NCBI GenBank assembly: GCA_028534125.1
Contig: JAPYYK010000094.1
Location: forward strand, 62,001 to 126,000
Length of the DNA: 64,000 bases
Direction: 5' to 3'
Source of the DNA: Lama glama
Lineage: Eukaryota
The notes beneath the pieces are model-generated. The model ran no database searches and was not told the origin of the DNA. It worked only from the letters and a program-made list of their open reading frames with translations. Shown one piece after another: positions 1-13,218 of this stretch. Numbering within the stretch: the stretch's first letter is position 1; the number at the start of each line of letters is the position of its first letter. The position numbers and the translations under genes were made by a program.

Positions 1-11
1 CTTCTCTGGGC

Positions 12-68
12 CAGTCGTTCTCAAACTGGTGGCATCAGAATCAACTCCTGCTATGCTTTGAGCCACTG
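12..68. mobile_element. Internally deleted MER5A-like hAT-Charlie mini-MITE
   Basis: Left end cagtcgttctcaaa, internal gcatcagaatca, right end tttgagccactg; 8-bp TSD ctctgggc (4-11) / ctctgggt (69-76). Confidence 0.7.
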
Positions 69-2318
69 CTCTGGGTAAAGGGCATTAATTGTGCCTTTCA
101 GGCCTCACCTGGATCCAGAGAGGGGAGCTCCATACTGGAGCAAAGGCTCGTCCCCTCTCCTTGGAGAGAGAACAGTCCCCTCGGAATCACCCGGGGACAG
201 GGAGAAGGGGAAAACCTCCGTAGGGGTCAGCATGATGAGATGTGTTGCACTGAAGACTAAGATGGTCTCAGCGAGAAGGGACTCCAGGATTATCCCGCCC
301 CAGCCCGGGGGCCGAGGATCCACAGGTGAGGCTTGGGCGGCTTCTCCCAAGTCCTCCACTGTCATCGTCGACCTGCCTGGGCCTCTGAGCCCTGTGCCTC
401 TCCTCTGCACTGAGACAGGGTGAGGGCAGGAGGGGTGCAAAGTGGGGAGGGACCCTGCGGTGCCCTGGCTGCCTGTTACTCTCTTCCAGGCTCTGTGAGT
501 GTCCCCTCAACCTCACCTCGAGGGATTTGATTGAACAAACTGGGTGTCCCTGGCACCTGACATGGAAACTGGCACGGAATTGGCACCCAGTAAATGGGCA
601 CCATCTGTGGGGAGAAAGGCGGGAGGGAGCTCAGCCCCACCCCACTGCGCTGAGGTGCCGTCCTGAAGGAGGGAAAGGTTTGCCCATGTCCATTTCCACT
701 TCTTCCGTTTCTGCATCTTCGCTTCCAGCAAGTCCCAGTTCTCACTGTGTCCGCAGGGCTACAGCTATGGGATTTGTTTTTACTTCCTGCATTGAATGTG
801 TCTCACTCTGGGGGTATTTTCATTTTAAAGGAGGACTCACAACAGCCCCAAGGATGGAATGTGGAGCCTCAGGGTGAGTGAAGTTGTGCAAGGTAGGGAT
901 TCAGGAGCAGAGTGTTCTAGGCTTCTGCACCCCAGTGCACATCAGATGAACCCTCCTGCATCTCTCCTTAGGCCTTATCAATGTGCAGGTTCCCTAGGGT
1001 CTTGCCTTGGGGACATGCCCTTGGTGACACCACCACCTGTGTGGGTGGCCCTTCTGGGGATGAGCCCTGTCTGCCAGATTGCCTGGGAGTGAGGAAAGGG
1101 GTTCAAAGGTGCTGAATTCCTCCAGCAGTCTGAGATAAGAGCCCCCACCAAATTGAAGGGGCGGCAGCCTTGGCTACCTGCCAGCTAATGATGAGTCTGG
1201 GCCTGAGAAAGAGAGTCAGGTCTGCCCTTGGGAAACTCAGTGAGAGGTGCAGCCCGAAACTCCCCTGTCCCCCAGTTCCTTTCACTCACTGGTGGTTGGC
1301 AGTGACCTTTGGAGGGACAGGGAAACACAGAGCAGCTGCAGATCCTCGGTCACCCCTGTGGGGCCCAACAGCCACCAGTGAGTTCTTAGGGGACAAATTG
1401 CACTGCCTCTTCCTGGGGGCAGGGCTCTCCTCCTCTGTAGAAGTCAGCAGGGCAGCTAGTCCTTCTTCTGATCCTCCCCCTACACCGAACTCTGCCAGTG
1501 CCTGCTCCGTCCTGGGCTCTGAGATACAAGGAGAACAAGCTCTGACTCCCATCTGAAGGGCTCCTGGTAGCAACAGGCAATTTTAGTACCACAAGCTGTG
1601 AGAGTCATGTTTGGGGAACGCTACAAAGGAAGCAACCCCTTTTGGAGCCTCTCCTTTCACATCCACACGGGGTCCTCTACCTCAGTTCTTCCACTTAATT
1701 AATACCAGCTCAGGTTCGCTGGGCTCTGGCTCTCAGAGCCACCTCCCCCACCCTCACCACAGCACAACACAGGGAGACTGTGAACCCATTTAACAGGACA
1801 AGAAACTGAGGGAGACAGTAGTTCGGTAGCTAGCCCCGGGCCACACACACCTGCCGCTTAACTCTTTCTCTCACTGCACTAAGGTTCCCATTCCCTAAGA
1901 TCTGGCCCCCATTCTTCCCTCTGTTTTCTTTCTGGCCCTGCTGCCCTTCCCCATGGTCTCATATCCTCCCACATGCTTAGCTGCCTCCTCTGGTGTCTGG
2001 ATCAGAGGCTCCATAACCCTCCAGACTGGTACCCACACTTCCTTCCCTGCCTGCCAGGCACCTCTATCCAGACATCTGGCCAGCACCTCAGCCCTGCTGT
2101 GCTCAATCCCACCACCTCTTTCAGAGTCTCTCTGACTATTAATGGTGCCCCCCTGCTCCTGGTCACCTGGGTCCCAAGGCATGTCTTCTGCCTTCATCCA
2201 GAACACATGGTGCTCTGCAGCATGGCGGAGGCAGAAGGGGCAGTGACTCCCACTCAGAACCTTTTGGTTGCAAGTGACAGAAAATTTCTATTCACACTGC
2301 TTTGGTCAACAATAGACT

Positions 2319-2380
2319 TAAAAAAAAATGAAGTACAGTCAATTACAATCTATCGGTTTCTGGTGTATAGCACAATGTCC
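2319..2380 (-). mobile_element. Very short, 5'-truncated cetartiodactyl-type L1 3' end
   Basis: tgaagtacagtcaattacaat...tttctggtgtatagcacaatg resembles the other young L1 tails in the window; TSD caacaatagac (2307-2317) / caacaacagac (2381-2391). Confidence 0.65.
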
Positions 2381-2414
2381 CAACAACAGACATTTTTGAG
2401 TAGGGCTGGTCTCG

Positions 2415-2560
2415 GTGTCTCAGTTTCCCCATTTGTTAGCTGAGAATTACAACTGTTCCTTTCTCAAAGGGACAGCATCAGAACTCAATCAGTTTCTACA
2501 TGTTAGTGTCTCAGAGAAGTGCCTGGCACATAGAAATAGCTTGATAAGGGTTAAATAGTA
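2415..2560 (+). mobile_element. MIR SINE fragment
   Basis: ctcagtttccccatttgt...agtgcctggcacatag, MIR core and 3' end. Confidence 0.65.
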
Positions 2561-3119
2561 TCGCTATCTCCTCTCCTTAGGGTCTCTTCTTTACAAACGA
2601 TCTCCCCTGCCTCCAAAAGAATTGAAGTGATCAAACATCATTCAGTAATATTCTAAGAACTTAGAACTGAGTATTTTGATGAGTAGTTCAATATCTTAGA
2701 ACCTCAACTTCATCTTCCATTAAAACATCTTCCTGAGAGTCCAGTAAGAAAATGGTTGGCTGAGGAAGCTATGCCTACATTAAACTTATCGTGCCTACCA
2801 CAATGGTCAAAATGACCTACAACACCTTAAAGATTTGCATCAGAATTGAAACCAAAAAAATTCATTCCACTTAAGCTGGAAACTCTGGGGACCAAGACCA
2901 CATTTATCCCCAGTCCCTATGTCCCAACTGCTCCAGATCAACCCATGGCGCCTCTTCCGGGTCTTGCCAAAGTTACTCCTTTGGGGGAGGTTTTGCGTTG
3001 CAGCCACATGTGGGCACAGATGGTCTTTCCCAGCCAAAGAGGGACGGGAGAGGCACAGGCCCATTAACTGTGTTGGTCCACAGCAAACAGGAATCTCTCA
3101 TTTGGCCCTTCGTTTCTTC

Positions 3120-3530
3120 TTTATTCAATAAATAATTGTTAATGACCTCCTATGTGCCAGGCCTGTGCAAACTGCTGGAATTCAGAGGTGAATAAGGGAG
3201 AGCTGTCTAAATGGAGTGGTGGAGCTACAGACAACAAAGAAAGAAGTAAAGATCTTTGGGAACTGATATATATCACAGAGACAAATAAAATAGGGCAATG
3301 GAGAGGCAGCTGGGGAAGAGACTAGCAACGTCAGAGAGATCAGGAAAAGCCTCCAAGAGGAGGTGACTCTTGAGCTGCGCTCTGAAGACAATAAGAATCG
3401 CCTTGCAAGCACCTTGGGGAAGGCATTTCCATCCCAGATGCCCCAGGACAGAAGTGAAGAGGCCAGGGTGCCAGGAAATTCATGAGAAGGCATGATGGAA
3501 AGATCATGAGGTGGAAGAGGCAGGCAGGCA
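3120..3530 (-). mobile_element. L2 LINE 3' region
   Basis: ttattcaataaataattgttaatgacctcctatgtgccaggc start; gaggaggtgactcttgagctg internal L2 motif. Confidence 0.65.
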
Positions 3531-4149
3531 CTGGCTAGTCCTGAAGACCCTCCCTCAGCTCCTTGCAGGGCCTGATGAGCCTGTGCATGTCCCCCTCCTC
3601 CAGGAAGCCCACACCATCCCCTCCTGTGATTGCCTCATTGGTCTAGTCTCACCGGCTCCCTCTGTTCTCCTGGCTCCCTCTGGCAATGGGCTATTATGGG
3701 AGATCTGTGAGAACTGCAACATGCTCTCTCTTTGCCCTAGAGGAACGGGGGAGATAGATTCTATTTGGACGGCAAGAGAAGGTTGGCAATACAGACTGTG
3801 GACAAGAGCAGCAGGTGAGGGCTGAGGGGAAGTCACCTATGCCTTAGGAGGTGTGGATGACTGAGGCTGGAGGGTGAGGTTGTCAGGGAAGTGGGCTGAG
3901 CTTAGTCTTGAGAGGGCACGAACTAGACAGAACAGAAGGCATAGGGAGGGACATTCCACGTGGGAGGAACGAAGAGCAAAGGCGTCCTCCTGGGAAGGAG
4001 AGGAGCAGGGGGCAGTCATGCTTGTCAGTTTGATGAGTTCCAGGGGTTGGAAGAGAAGGTTGGGAAAGCAGGGAGGACACCAGTTTATAGAAAGGTCACC
4101 AGGGTATCAGTCCAAGCATCCTAACCTCAGTGCCCGAAGACAGGAATGA

Positions 4150-4375
4150 GGACTCCAGAGCTAGACTAGTTGGGTTCAAATTTGTTTTCTGTTACTGACT
4201 AATGATGTGACTTTAGATAAGTTGCTTTACCTCTCCATGCCTGTTTCCCCATCTGTAAAACAGTGATCATAATAGTACCTACCTCATTTTATGAAGCTTA
4301 AATGAGTTTATATTTGCAAGCACTTGAACTATATAATACCTGGTCCAGAGTGAGTATGATATAGATGTTGGTTAA
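4150..4375 (+). mobile_element. MIR SINE, near full length
   Basis: gggttcaaat B-box, tgtgactttagataagttgctttacctctc, tttccccatctgtaaaa core, aatagtacctacctcat. Confidence 0.85.
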
Positions 4376-5671
4376 ATTAAATGAATGCTGGTGAACAAGT
4401 GAGACTCCATCCTAACTGCCGTTGGAAGCTCTCAGCTATTTCTGGGCAGGACCGTGCAGGGATGAAAAGGGTCTTGTATTCTGATTCAACTGCATTGCTG
4501 TGCAGGCTGGATTGGAGATAGAGGGTCTGAATGCAGGAAAGCAAGTTAGGAGACTACTGCAGTAGTCCAAGCACAAGATGATTGTCAGGTGCCTGGTGAG
4601 GGGGCTGCCAGTAAGACTGGAGGGGATGGAAATGTGGGCCTGGTGGAGGAAGTGCTCTTGACACCCAGTGACTGGAGACTGGATTTAAGGAGTGAGCTGG
4701 AGACTGAGGCTATGATCTGGGTGATGAGGTGAACGTGGTGCTACGGTCAGAGAGGGAAGTTGATAAAATCTGATTTGGAGGAAGATGGTGCATCTCCAGG
4801 AGATGTGTTGTCTGGGTGCTACCTCATCTCCTGGGTCTGAGGAAATGAACCCTGTGGGTTGGAGTCAAGCTTCTAGAGAGATGTGAGAATGAGAGTTTCA
4901 GTCTGCGCCTCCACACACCTGTATATGTTGGGAGGAGGGTGCATAGGCCAGGAAAGGGCAGTAAATATCGAATGGGGCTGAGCTCACACATCCTCTGTGC
5001 ACTGTAGTGAAAGGGCCATCAGGAAGGGACGAACTGCCTGTGCTCCCCACTCCCAGACACTGGACAGAGACGGGGGTCAGTCCCCGGGGTTACCTCGTCC
5101 CTTTGTAGGGGAAAGGAGTGCAGAGGCTCACAGCCTAGCCCAATGCTGACCATGCTCATCTTGCATCCCTGCCTGGACTAGGGTCATAGCTAGGGTCCAG
5201 GGATAGTGGTTGGGATTAATCCGCATTTTATTATTGGTTTCCATTAACAAGTATGGACTGGATACCTGCTTCAGGATCCAGTGAGCACAAGAGACATTAA
5301 CCAATGGATTAATATCCATTAACCAATGGGTTCTGAGGGGCACCTACTCTGTTCCAGGCTCCATTTAAAGGTGCGGAGCTCAAAGTAAAGTGAAATGCTT
5401 GGTTCCAGAAACCACATTAGCCTAGGTTTTAGTTTTTCCATCCTTAATTATTGATGACGGCAGCTTCAATACAGATATCAGAGAATGTATCCTGCTTTTA
5501 GCCTTGAAAATCTTGGTTCAGCCTGGCTTTTAAGTATAATTATTGTCTCCAATCTTCCCTATAAATTGGAGTTCTTAATAGTATCAAGAAGTGTATTTGT
5601 GACATTTTCTTGGGATTCAGTCAGTTTTCATTAGCTTCTCAAAGTTGCTTTTTTGTTTTAAAAGAAGAATC

Positions 5672-5767
5672 TTTTTTTTTTTTTTATTAAATGGAAGTAT
5701 TGGGGTTTGAACCCAGGACCTCATGCCTGCTAAGCGTGCATTCTGCCACTGAGCTATTACCCTCCCT
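5672..5767 (-). mobile_element. Camelid vic-1-type tRNA-Ala-derived SINE, short form
   Basis: Reverse complement reads gggagggtaatagctcagtggcagaatgcacgcttagcaggcatgaggtcctgggttcaaaccccaatacttccat followed by polyA: A box, AGC anticodon arm, B box. Confidence 0.85.
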
Positions 5768-6929
5768 CTTAAAGAACTATCTTTATTTCAGAAAAAAAAA
5801 TCAAGGAGATAAGTAAAAATGATTCATGCTCCTATCACTCAGATGACCCCTTACTTCTGCTGATTAAGTGCATGTGGAAAATAGTTCAAAGGCTGCAGGA
5901 AGACATAGAATGAGAAGCAAAATTCTCTCATTGCTCCCTGCCCCATTCTAGTCTCTCTGCTTCAAGGTTTGTGTTATTCATGGTTTCTTATATATCCCTT
6001 CAGAAAATGTTGAACTCATTCACCAGCATCGTCAATGCATTATGCATATCCTCTTAGAAGGTACTCCCAGAAGTTAAGAACGTCACTCTGTCTTTTGATA
6101 CATTTATGGTTTTGTTTTGTTGTTGTTCTGTCATAGTTGCATTTAAAAAGTAACAGTCAGAGGAACCAGGTTCCTTATGCTCCTCTGCCTTGGACTAGCT
6201 GGGTGACATCAGCAGATTACTTTATGTCTCTGAGCCTCCGTTTCTCATCACTGAAATGGTGGGGATTTGATGACAGTGTGAACTCAGAAAGAGGCCTGGT
6301 TAGCCAGTGGGCGGCCCACAAGTATCAGAGCAGTAACTTAGCCCCTTTTGGAAGGAGACAGGGCTGCCAGTTTTAAATAAATATTACAGAAGGGTCTGAC
6401 AGTAGTTGCCCCTCAGAACGACCTGTCACTTCCTTTCGTGGCTGCAGGAAGAAGAGCGTGGGAGGCTCCTGATGGAAGATGACAGGAGCCCATGAATTCC
6501 TCACCCTCAGTGTCGGCTCCCACCTCAGATGCTCAATTGATCCCGACTCTGGGAGGCTGGTCCCATCTGTCATTGGCTGGGAAGGAATCCCTGCTAACAG
6601 CTGGGACAGGACCCTGATATATGGCCCCTGTCACCCTCCTCCTCTTCTGTCTGTGATCTCAGGTTTTAAGACCTCTGTGACCCCGGCCTTAGGGGGCAAA
6701 CGGCTCACAGAAAAGATCTCTAGCATCCTCCAGAAGGCCACTTGGCTAAATTCAGCAAAGCTTCGTCCAGGCCAGGAAGTCAGAAGGAAGGGCGAGATTC
6801 CAGCCCAAGGAGGTGGTAAGTGATGGCAGATGATGGCAGGAGGCGGACAAAGGCCATTTGTTGCATGCAGAAAACTTCTGCTGCAGTGCTGGGTCCTTGG
6901 CAGGTGTCATTTACTTGGCTCTCCTAACT

Positions 6930-7055
6930 GAACTCCCACTTTGCAGATGAAGACACTAAGGCTCAGAGAGTTGAGCCAACTTGCTGTTCACAGTGAGTAA
7001 GAGGCACAGCCAGGGCTGGAATCTGACTGTGGAGTCCTGAGCTTATGTTCTGCCC
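6930..7055 (-). mobile_element. MIR fragment
   Basis: ccactttgcagatgaagacactaaggctcagagag core. Confidence 0.7.
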
Positions 7056-7844
7056 CTGAGCCAGGCACGGGTAGATGTGAGGGAGGGGACCAAATAGGGC
7101 CGCCGGAACTCATGGACACAAAGTGGCTGCCCCCTCACGGGCATGGCACACTTCTCTCAGGGTCCACTTTTATCAGTCCTGCTCTCTCTATATCCTCAGT
7201 GTCCAGAACAGCATCTGGTACATAGTACGTACTCAGGAAGTCTCTGTGGGATGAAAAAAAGAATAGACAACAGAAATGACTGATTAGCTAACTAGATAGG
7301 CCCACCCCATGCTCTGAGGCTGACACTCCCTAAACTTCAGGGGCCTGTGACAACAGTGTGAGCTTAACACCGAGCCAGCAGCCAGATTCTGGAAAAGGGC
7401 ACAGCCTTCACTCTATTCAATAGCTCCCTTGCCAGGTGTCCCGGGAGAGAGGAAAGAGCAGGGCCGAGCCAGGAGTGAGGAGATGTCAGACCCTTCTTTC
7501 TCTGTGACACACAGTAGGGGCTGTGTGGCACCACAGCCCAGGCTGGGGGAGGATGGGGGCCTTCTGCTGACACCCCTCAGATCTCCTGGGGTCTGTGGCT
7601 GGGTGGGTCCAAGCAGGGAAGCACTGACGAGAGGGTTGGGGACCGGGAACTCAGCAACAGGGCACCTTGTGACCCCTCGCACAGGCTCCAGCTGGCCTCT
7701 CGGGGCTGGGGACAGAGAAAGGAGTGGGCTGAAGGTCACGGAGGGGTCAACCTGGGTTCCCTCCTGCTGAGCTGCATTCCCAGCTCACGAGGGAGTCAGA
7801 TGTCCGCAGCCAGGCCGAGGAGGAGCACATGGCATCACAGTGAG

Positions 7845-8050
7845 GGCAATAATGACGGAGCATTCATCCACACCAGACACAGTGCTTTCCAGGTAATTTT
7901 CCTATTTGACCCACAACAAACTCAGGAGCTAAGTACTGTTTTATCACCACCGCACAGACGAGAAAATGCAGGTACCAGAAAGTTAGGTTGAAAGTGGGAC
8001 TTGAACCAAAGTGCCTGGCCCCAGAGCCCGTGTGTTTGACCACTGGGGTC
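7845..8050 (-). mobile_element. MIR SINE, diverged
   Basis: tttgacccacaacaa...acagacgagaaaatgcaggt...gggacttgaaccaaag. Confidence 0.55.
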
Positions 8051-8739
8051 CACTGTCGTTATCAAGTCCAGGCCCCTGTGCACCCTTTCTCGAAGGGCTG
8101 CTGAGAAAGGCCCTACAAGCTTTGGGCCCTGTCTGCCTACACCACCCAGGTGAGCCACTGTGACCTGTGAACGACAGGGGGAAAAGCAGAGAAAGCCAGC
8201 ACTGGGGGAGGGGGCGAGAAGGGCCCTGGGGAGGAGAGCTGGTGGAGGGCTGGCCAGTCGGACGACTGGGAGAAGGGCATCCTGGGCAGGGAGCGGGTGT
8301 TCAGAGACACTGAGGCACAGGTGTATTTGGTGGAGCGCAGTGCAGTTAGGCAGAGAGTGGGGCGTTAAGGGGAGGAGCTTTGAAAAAGAAAACTCACAGG
8401 CAGAGCAGCAGGGCTTCATCACTAAGCTGGCCAGGGGAGGCTCAGACTGGTGTTTTAGACAGAGCAGCTCCAGAACGAGCTGATGCTCGTAGCCAGGCCC
8501 TGGGATATGTCTACACATCATTCTGTCCCCACACCCTCAGAATGGCCCCAAGAGACAGGGAGGGACTGGTATTCTTTCTTTCCAGGCCTCATTGTTAAGG
8601 TCTTGCAGCTTCTTAGGAGCCATAAGCTTCTGGGTTAGAAGTCCAGCTCCACTGCTGCAGAGGCCAAGTGCAGAGGGGCTGGTCCGGATGGAGGCGGAGA
8701 GGAACCCAGTCACTCCAGGGATCCAGCTGAGCCCAGGCC

Positions 8740-8915
8740 TCAGCCAGTCCCCTAGCCTGCCAGATTCAGCCACATGTGTGACCCCTGAAGGATGACCAGA
8801 AGAACAGCCCCAGTAGAGCAGATATGAGCTTTCTCCACTGAGCTCTGCCCAGGCTGCACAGTCCTGAACCAGTAGACCGTTGTTGTTTTAAGCAACAATA
8901 GGTACTTGAAACGTA
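8740..8915 (+). mobile_element. MLT1 (MaLR) LTR 3' part
   Basis: ccactgagctctgcccaggctgcacagtcctgaac...ttgttgttttaagc. Confidence 0.6.
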
Positions 8916-9239
8916 ATTGATCAAGAAGCAGCCCTTGGAGATGCTGAATGAATGAAAGCATCAAATGCAGGTGAGCCACTGACTGAGATACTTTAATCTT
9001 CCTTGGAGAGGTCTTTCCAGATGGATCAGCCCTAGCCTGGCTCACCCAGGCCACTCCAGGCCCTTTTCTTTGTTCATAGCCATTAACTGAATCACTTGTG
9101 TCTGTTTTCTGAGCCAGAGCGGTAGGTTCCCAGGGCCAGGGCCAAGGGAACCTTGTTCTTTTTGTTCTTGGGGAGCCTCAGCTAGAATTCTAACTCACAT
9201 AGCCAGCTTCTTCTAAGCCAGGCCTTCATCCCAAGCCAG

Positions 9240-9445
9240 GTGGTAGTGGAAGAGAAATTTTCAAAGCCCAAGTGCGTAGTTCAAAGCCCAGCTCTGAGAC
9301 TTGTTTGCTGTATGATATTGGACGATGCGAGTCACCTCTCTGAGCCTCTGTTTCCTCATCTGTAAAAGGGGGAGAATAACATCTGACTTTGTGAAGGTAA
9401 ATGAGGTAACATTTGCAAAGAATCTAACACAATGCCTGGCATACA
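9240..9445 (+). mobile_element. MIR SINE
   Basis: tcacctctctgagcctctgtttcctcatctgtaaaagggg...aatgcctggcatac. Confidence 0.85.
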
Positions 9446-9869
9446 AGTGCCCCTAGACATACCCAAATTCCCTCGCTTTATCTACAGATGGAATGAACAA
9501 TTTAAGTTCTGATATCACCCCTAAAGCCTCTTCTCTACAGGTCTAACCTGGGCCTGAAATTCTAGTTCTTTGTTTTTGGCTGAGCTTTCAGTGCCTGATT
9601 GAAGGTCTGCTGGGAAGAGGCTAGCGATTGAGAGAGCCCCACTTCTAGAACTAGAAGACCTAGGCTTGCCCCCTACCCTTCCCTGCCTGCTGATCGGGAG
9701 ACCTTGGGCAAATCGGTGGGGTTAGCAGCTCCTGCCCTGGCCTGGCAGAGTCTCTGTGAGGCTCTGTGGGGATGGACATGGAAGAACTTTGTTGGCATTG
9801 ATGAGTTGTGGTTGATGACCCCATTTTTAGTCCCTTCGGTAAGAATTGGTTTACTAGAGTTGTGCTTTC

Positions 9870-10025
9870 CAAAATTAAATTAAATTAAAGTAAAAATCCA
9901 GCTCCTCAGTTACACTAGCCTCATTTCAGGTACTCAATAGTCATACGTGGTTGGTGGCTACCATATTGGAGAGCACAGATAAATATTTCCATCATTGCAG
10001 AAAGTTCCCCTGGGCAGCATTTGCA
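9870..10025. mobile_element. MER3/MER33-type hAT-Charlie MITE fragment
   Basis: cagttacactagcctcatttcaggtactcaatagtcatacgtggttggtggctaccatattggagagcacag...ccatcattgcagaaagttc. Confidence 0.75.
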
Positions 10026-11994
10026 CTAGAATTTTTCCAGTAGGACAACCAACATGGGAATGAGAGGGAGAGATGGAGACGGAGGAAGTCTGAGCAGAAA
10101 TGGGTGGGAGGCATGGATTTTTTGGTTTGTTTTTGCAGACCCTGTTTGTCTGACCAGATTCAGGGATGGCTACCACCCTTGACCCACTCCCTGCTAACAG
10201 CCATTGTGGGCATTTTCTCCAGAAACAGCATTTTCTTACCATGAGGTCAGGGAGCATGAGGGTTGCCTTCAACAGGAAGTGGCCAGAGCAGGCCAAGAGC
10301 ATGAAGTTAGGCAGAGCATTGAATACTGATTTATTTCCTGGCCTGGCTGCTGGGTGGGTGGGCCTGTGGGCTGGGAGAGCTTCTCTTCCTATTCCGGGTG
10401 CAGCCTGGTTGAGAGGGCATGGCGGGAAGCAGGGGCAGAGTGCCAGGATGGTAGTGCCTGAGCTCAGTGCTAAGGGACCAATTAGCCAGTCGTGGGGTGC
10501 ATCCCACGATCCTGCTACCAATCCATGGAGGCTTCCTGGGCCCCAGATCCCCTCCCCATTCCAGGCCACGACACTGAGAGCCCAGCACACTCAGGGTCAC
10601 CAGCACCAGCCATTGGACTTCAACTAACAAGCTCTGTGGCAGGGGAGGCCCGCAGAGCAAAGGAACAGACCCCAAGGGCTCACTCCATGAGAGGCCCAAC
10701 TGGGAGGAGACTCCAGGGAATCTTCATTTTCTGACTTGCTCGGTAGAGCTCCTTCCTGCCCACCCCAACCCAACACGCAAACCCAATTCATGTATGTACA
10801 CAGACGCTCATACAGCAGGCACCCAGGCATGTGCACACAGATCCATCCAGAGATGGCCTCAGACATAGGCACCTAGACATGCAAAGCAGACATGCCCTCC
10901 AGGGCGCAGGCACATAGCCATATTCACACACATGCCAGCACCAGCCATTCCCCCTTATCCCCCTGAGCCAAAGATACTTTCCATTAACCAGAAGTTTAAA
11001 CTGTGTATCTCCCAATGAAAACAGTCTCAGGGACCTCCCTAGCCTTCACTGACCACAAATTAAACACCCTGCAGGGACACAAGCCCCCACACCGTGCACA
11101 CTGGCTGGGGGAGGAGGACGTCCTGCTGGACACATGACATCTCTGCTCTGAGCCAGAGGCTCGTTCTCTCTCTCGATAATGGGAGCGTGAGAACTCAGCA
11201 CCTGCTCTAGGGGCTTTCGCAGGCACACCTGCCTCCTCCCACCCCCATCCCCTTCTAACCTTCACAACAGCTTCAGTTTTCCCACGGGGCTTCCGGTGCC
11301 CTCCCCACCCTCTGGAGCAGGCAGGCAGCATGACGGGTGACAAATCAAAAGTCATTCTCTCCTGAACAGGTGTGTGCCAGGGTTCGGGGGCAGGGAGGGG
11401 GGGCCGAGGTTGGGGTGGGAGTTCCTAGAAGTCTGTGGGGCCCTGGAGTGTCATACGCCTGTGGCTGGAATTCTGTTTTTAGCAGTTAGTCAGGGCTGTC
11501 AGAAGCTGTGGCTGATTTCCTCCCCTGTCCCCATGCAAGTTCACAGGCCACATTAGCGTTTATGAACTTCAGTCGCCTATGCAGGGCCAGTCTTTAAGGA
11601 TTCTCAGAAAAAGTCCAGCTCCCATCCTCTCAGCCCCAGTGGACAGATCACCCCTACCCTCCATCCTCATGTCTTCTTTGCCCACCAAGCTCCTGATGGC
11701 TGGGCTCACCCGCTGATAGGTTATCAACAGCCTTAAGTTGCATCCCCAGACACACTGGAGATTTAAAATAAAGTCACCCACCTACCTCTGAAACCACAGG
11801 AAATGTCCTTGGGTCAACTCAGAGGATTAAATATTTCTCTGCTTTGTGCCTTCTCAAGATCAACAGAGCAAGACTTATTAAATAATAAAAGCTCATTGAA
11901 AAAAAATTTTTAAATGCTAACAGTTAACATTATTTAAGTAATAATAGTTCATTTAAAAATAATAATAGCTATCATTAGAAGGTAGGCAACAATA

Positions 11995-12105
11995 CAAACT
12001 CTACAAAGGCAGGTGTCTTTGTCTGTTTTGTTCCCTGATGTGTCCTGATAGCTGACACCAGTGTTTGGCACATTGTAGTCCCTCAGAAAGTACTTGTTGA
12101 ATGAA
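11995..12105 (+). mobile_element. L2 3' terminus
   Basis: ggcaggtgtctttgtctgttttgttccctgatgtgtcc...tacttgttgaatgaa. Confidence 0.75.
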
Positions 12106-12330
12106 GTGCTTACTAAGTGCCAGGAACTATCCAACTGCTTTGCAAGTCTTAATTCATTTAATTCTTATAATGTGGTGAGATGGGTCATATTACTTCCATT
12201 TTGCAGACAGGGAAACTGAGGTGCAGAGAAGCGAAGTAACCTACCCAAAGTCACACACCTAGTCAACGGAGGCTTTGCGCACAAGCAGCCTGGCTCCAAA
12301 GTCCAGGCTTTTAACCACTAGTTTCTGCTG
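12106..12330 (-). mobile_element. MIR SINE
   Basis: ccattttgcagacagggaaactgaggtgcagagaagcgaagtaacctacccaaagtcacac. Confidence 0.85.
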
Positions 12331-12679
12331 CTTCTCTTGACAGCAACCTTATGTTAGAGCACTTATTCTATTTCTTTGAAGAGTTCTGTTTCATTTCTTT
12401 CACAATAATTTATTGATGGCTGTCTCTCTCACCAGACTACCACATGTCTTAAACACAGAAAATGGTTCAGAAGTTGGTAGAATGAATAGATGAAGTTTCC
12501 TTCCACCTCACTGTATATGTGTCATTGACCAAATGTTTTGGAAATGCTTGGGGAGATGGGGGAAAGAACCAAGGAGTCAGTGGCTAAAAGCACAGACCCC
12601 AGAGTCTGAATAGCTGGGTTTGCATCCCCATCTCTACCTCTTTCTAGCTATGATCTTGGACAAGTTGCTCAACCTCTTA

Positions 12680-12816
12680 NNNNNNNNNNNNNNNNNNNNN
12701 NNNNNNNNNNNNNNNNNNNNNNNNNNNNNNNNNNNNNNNNNNNNNNNNNNNNNNNNNNNNNNNNNNNNNNNNNNNNNNNNNNNNNNNNNNNNNNNNNNNN
12801 NNNNNNNNNNNNNNNN
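12680..12816. other. Assembly gap that truncates a MIR starting at ~12575
   Basis: N run. Confidence 0.98.
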
Positions 12817-13218
12817 GTTAATATGATGTTGGCATAACTTCTGCTTGCCCTGTGTCTGATGTGGAGTCAAAGCCTCCTATTAGCTCTTCCGCAGGCCACA
12901 CCGGCGGCTTCTTGGCAGGCGCCTGCAGCAGGTGTGACCCACTCCTCCCCCTACTGTGGGGGTGAATCCTCCGCTGGTTCCGGTCTAAGCTTACAACCTA
13001 CTTATTAAGTTAATTAGACGCGACACCTTTCCAAAGATACCCTGGCTCCAAAGCCAGCCCTAACATCTGGTGAAGGCTGCAGCTTGCCAAGGATTTGGGG
13101 AGTGACAAGTTCTCATCAGCCTTCGGTTGGAACAAGTGGGGCAGGGTCGGGGGAGGGTCTGGAGAACCATCCCTTTCCTCTCCTGGGATTGCTGGCTGGC
13201 TCCTGGGTCTTTTCTGGG

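Noticed and set aside
5690-5767. tRNA-Ala(AGC)-like sequences here and at 13340-13413 and 37300-37375
   Set aside because: PolyA tails, TSDs and broken stems show they are SINEs, not tRNA genes.
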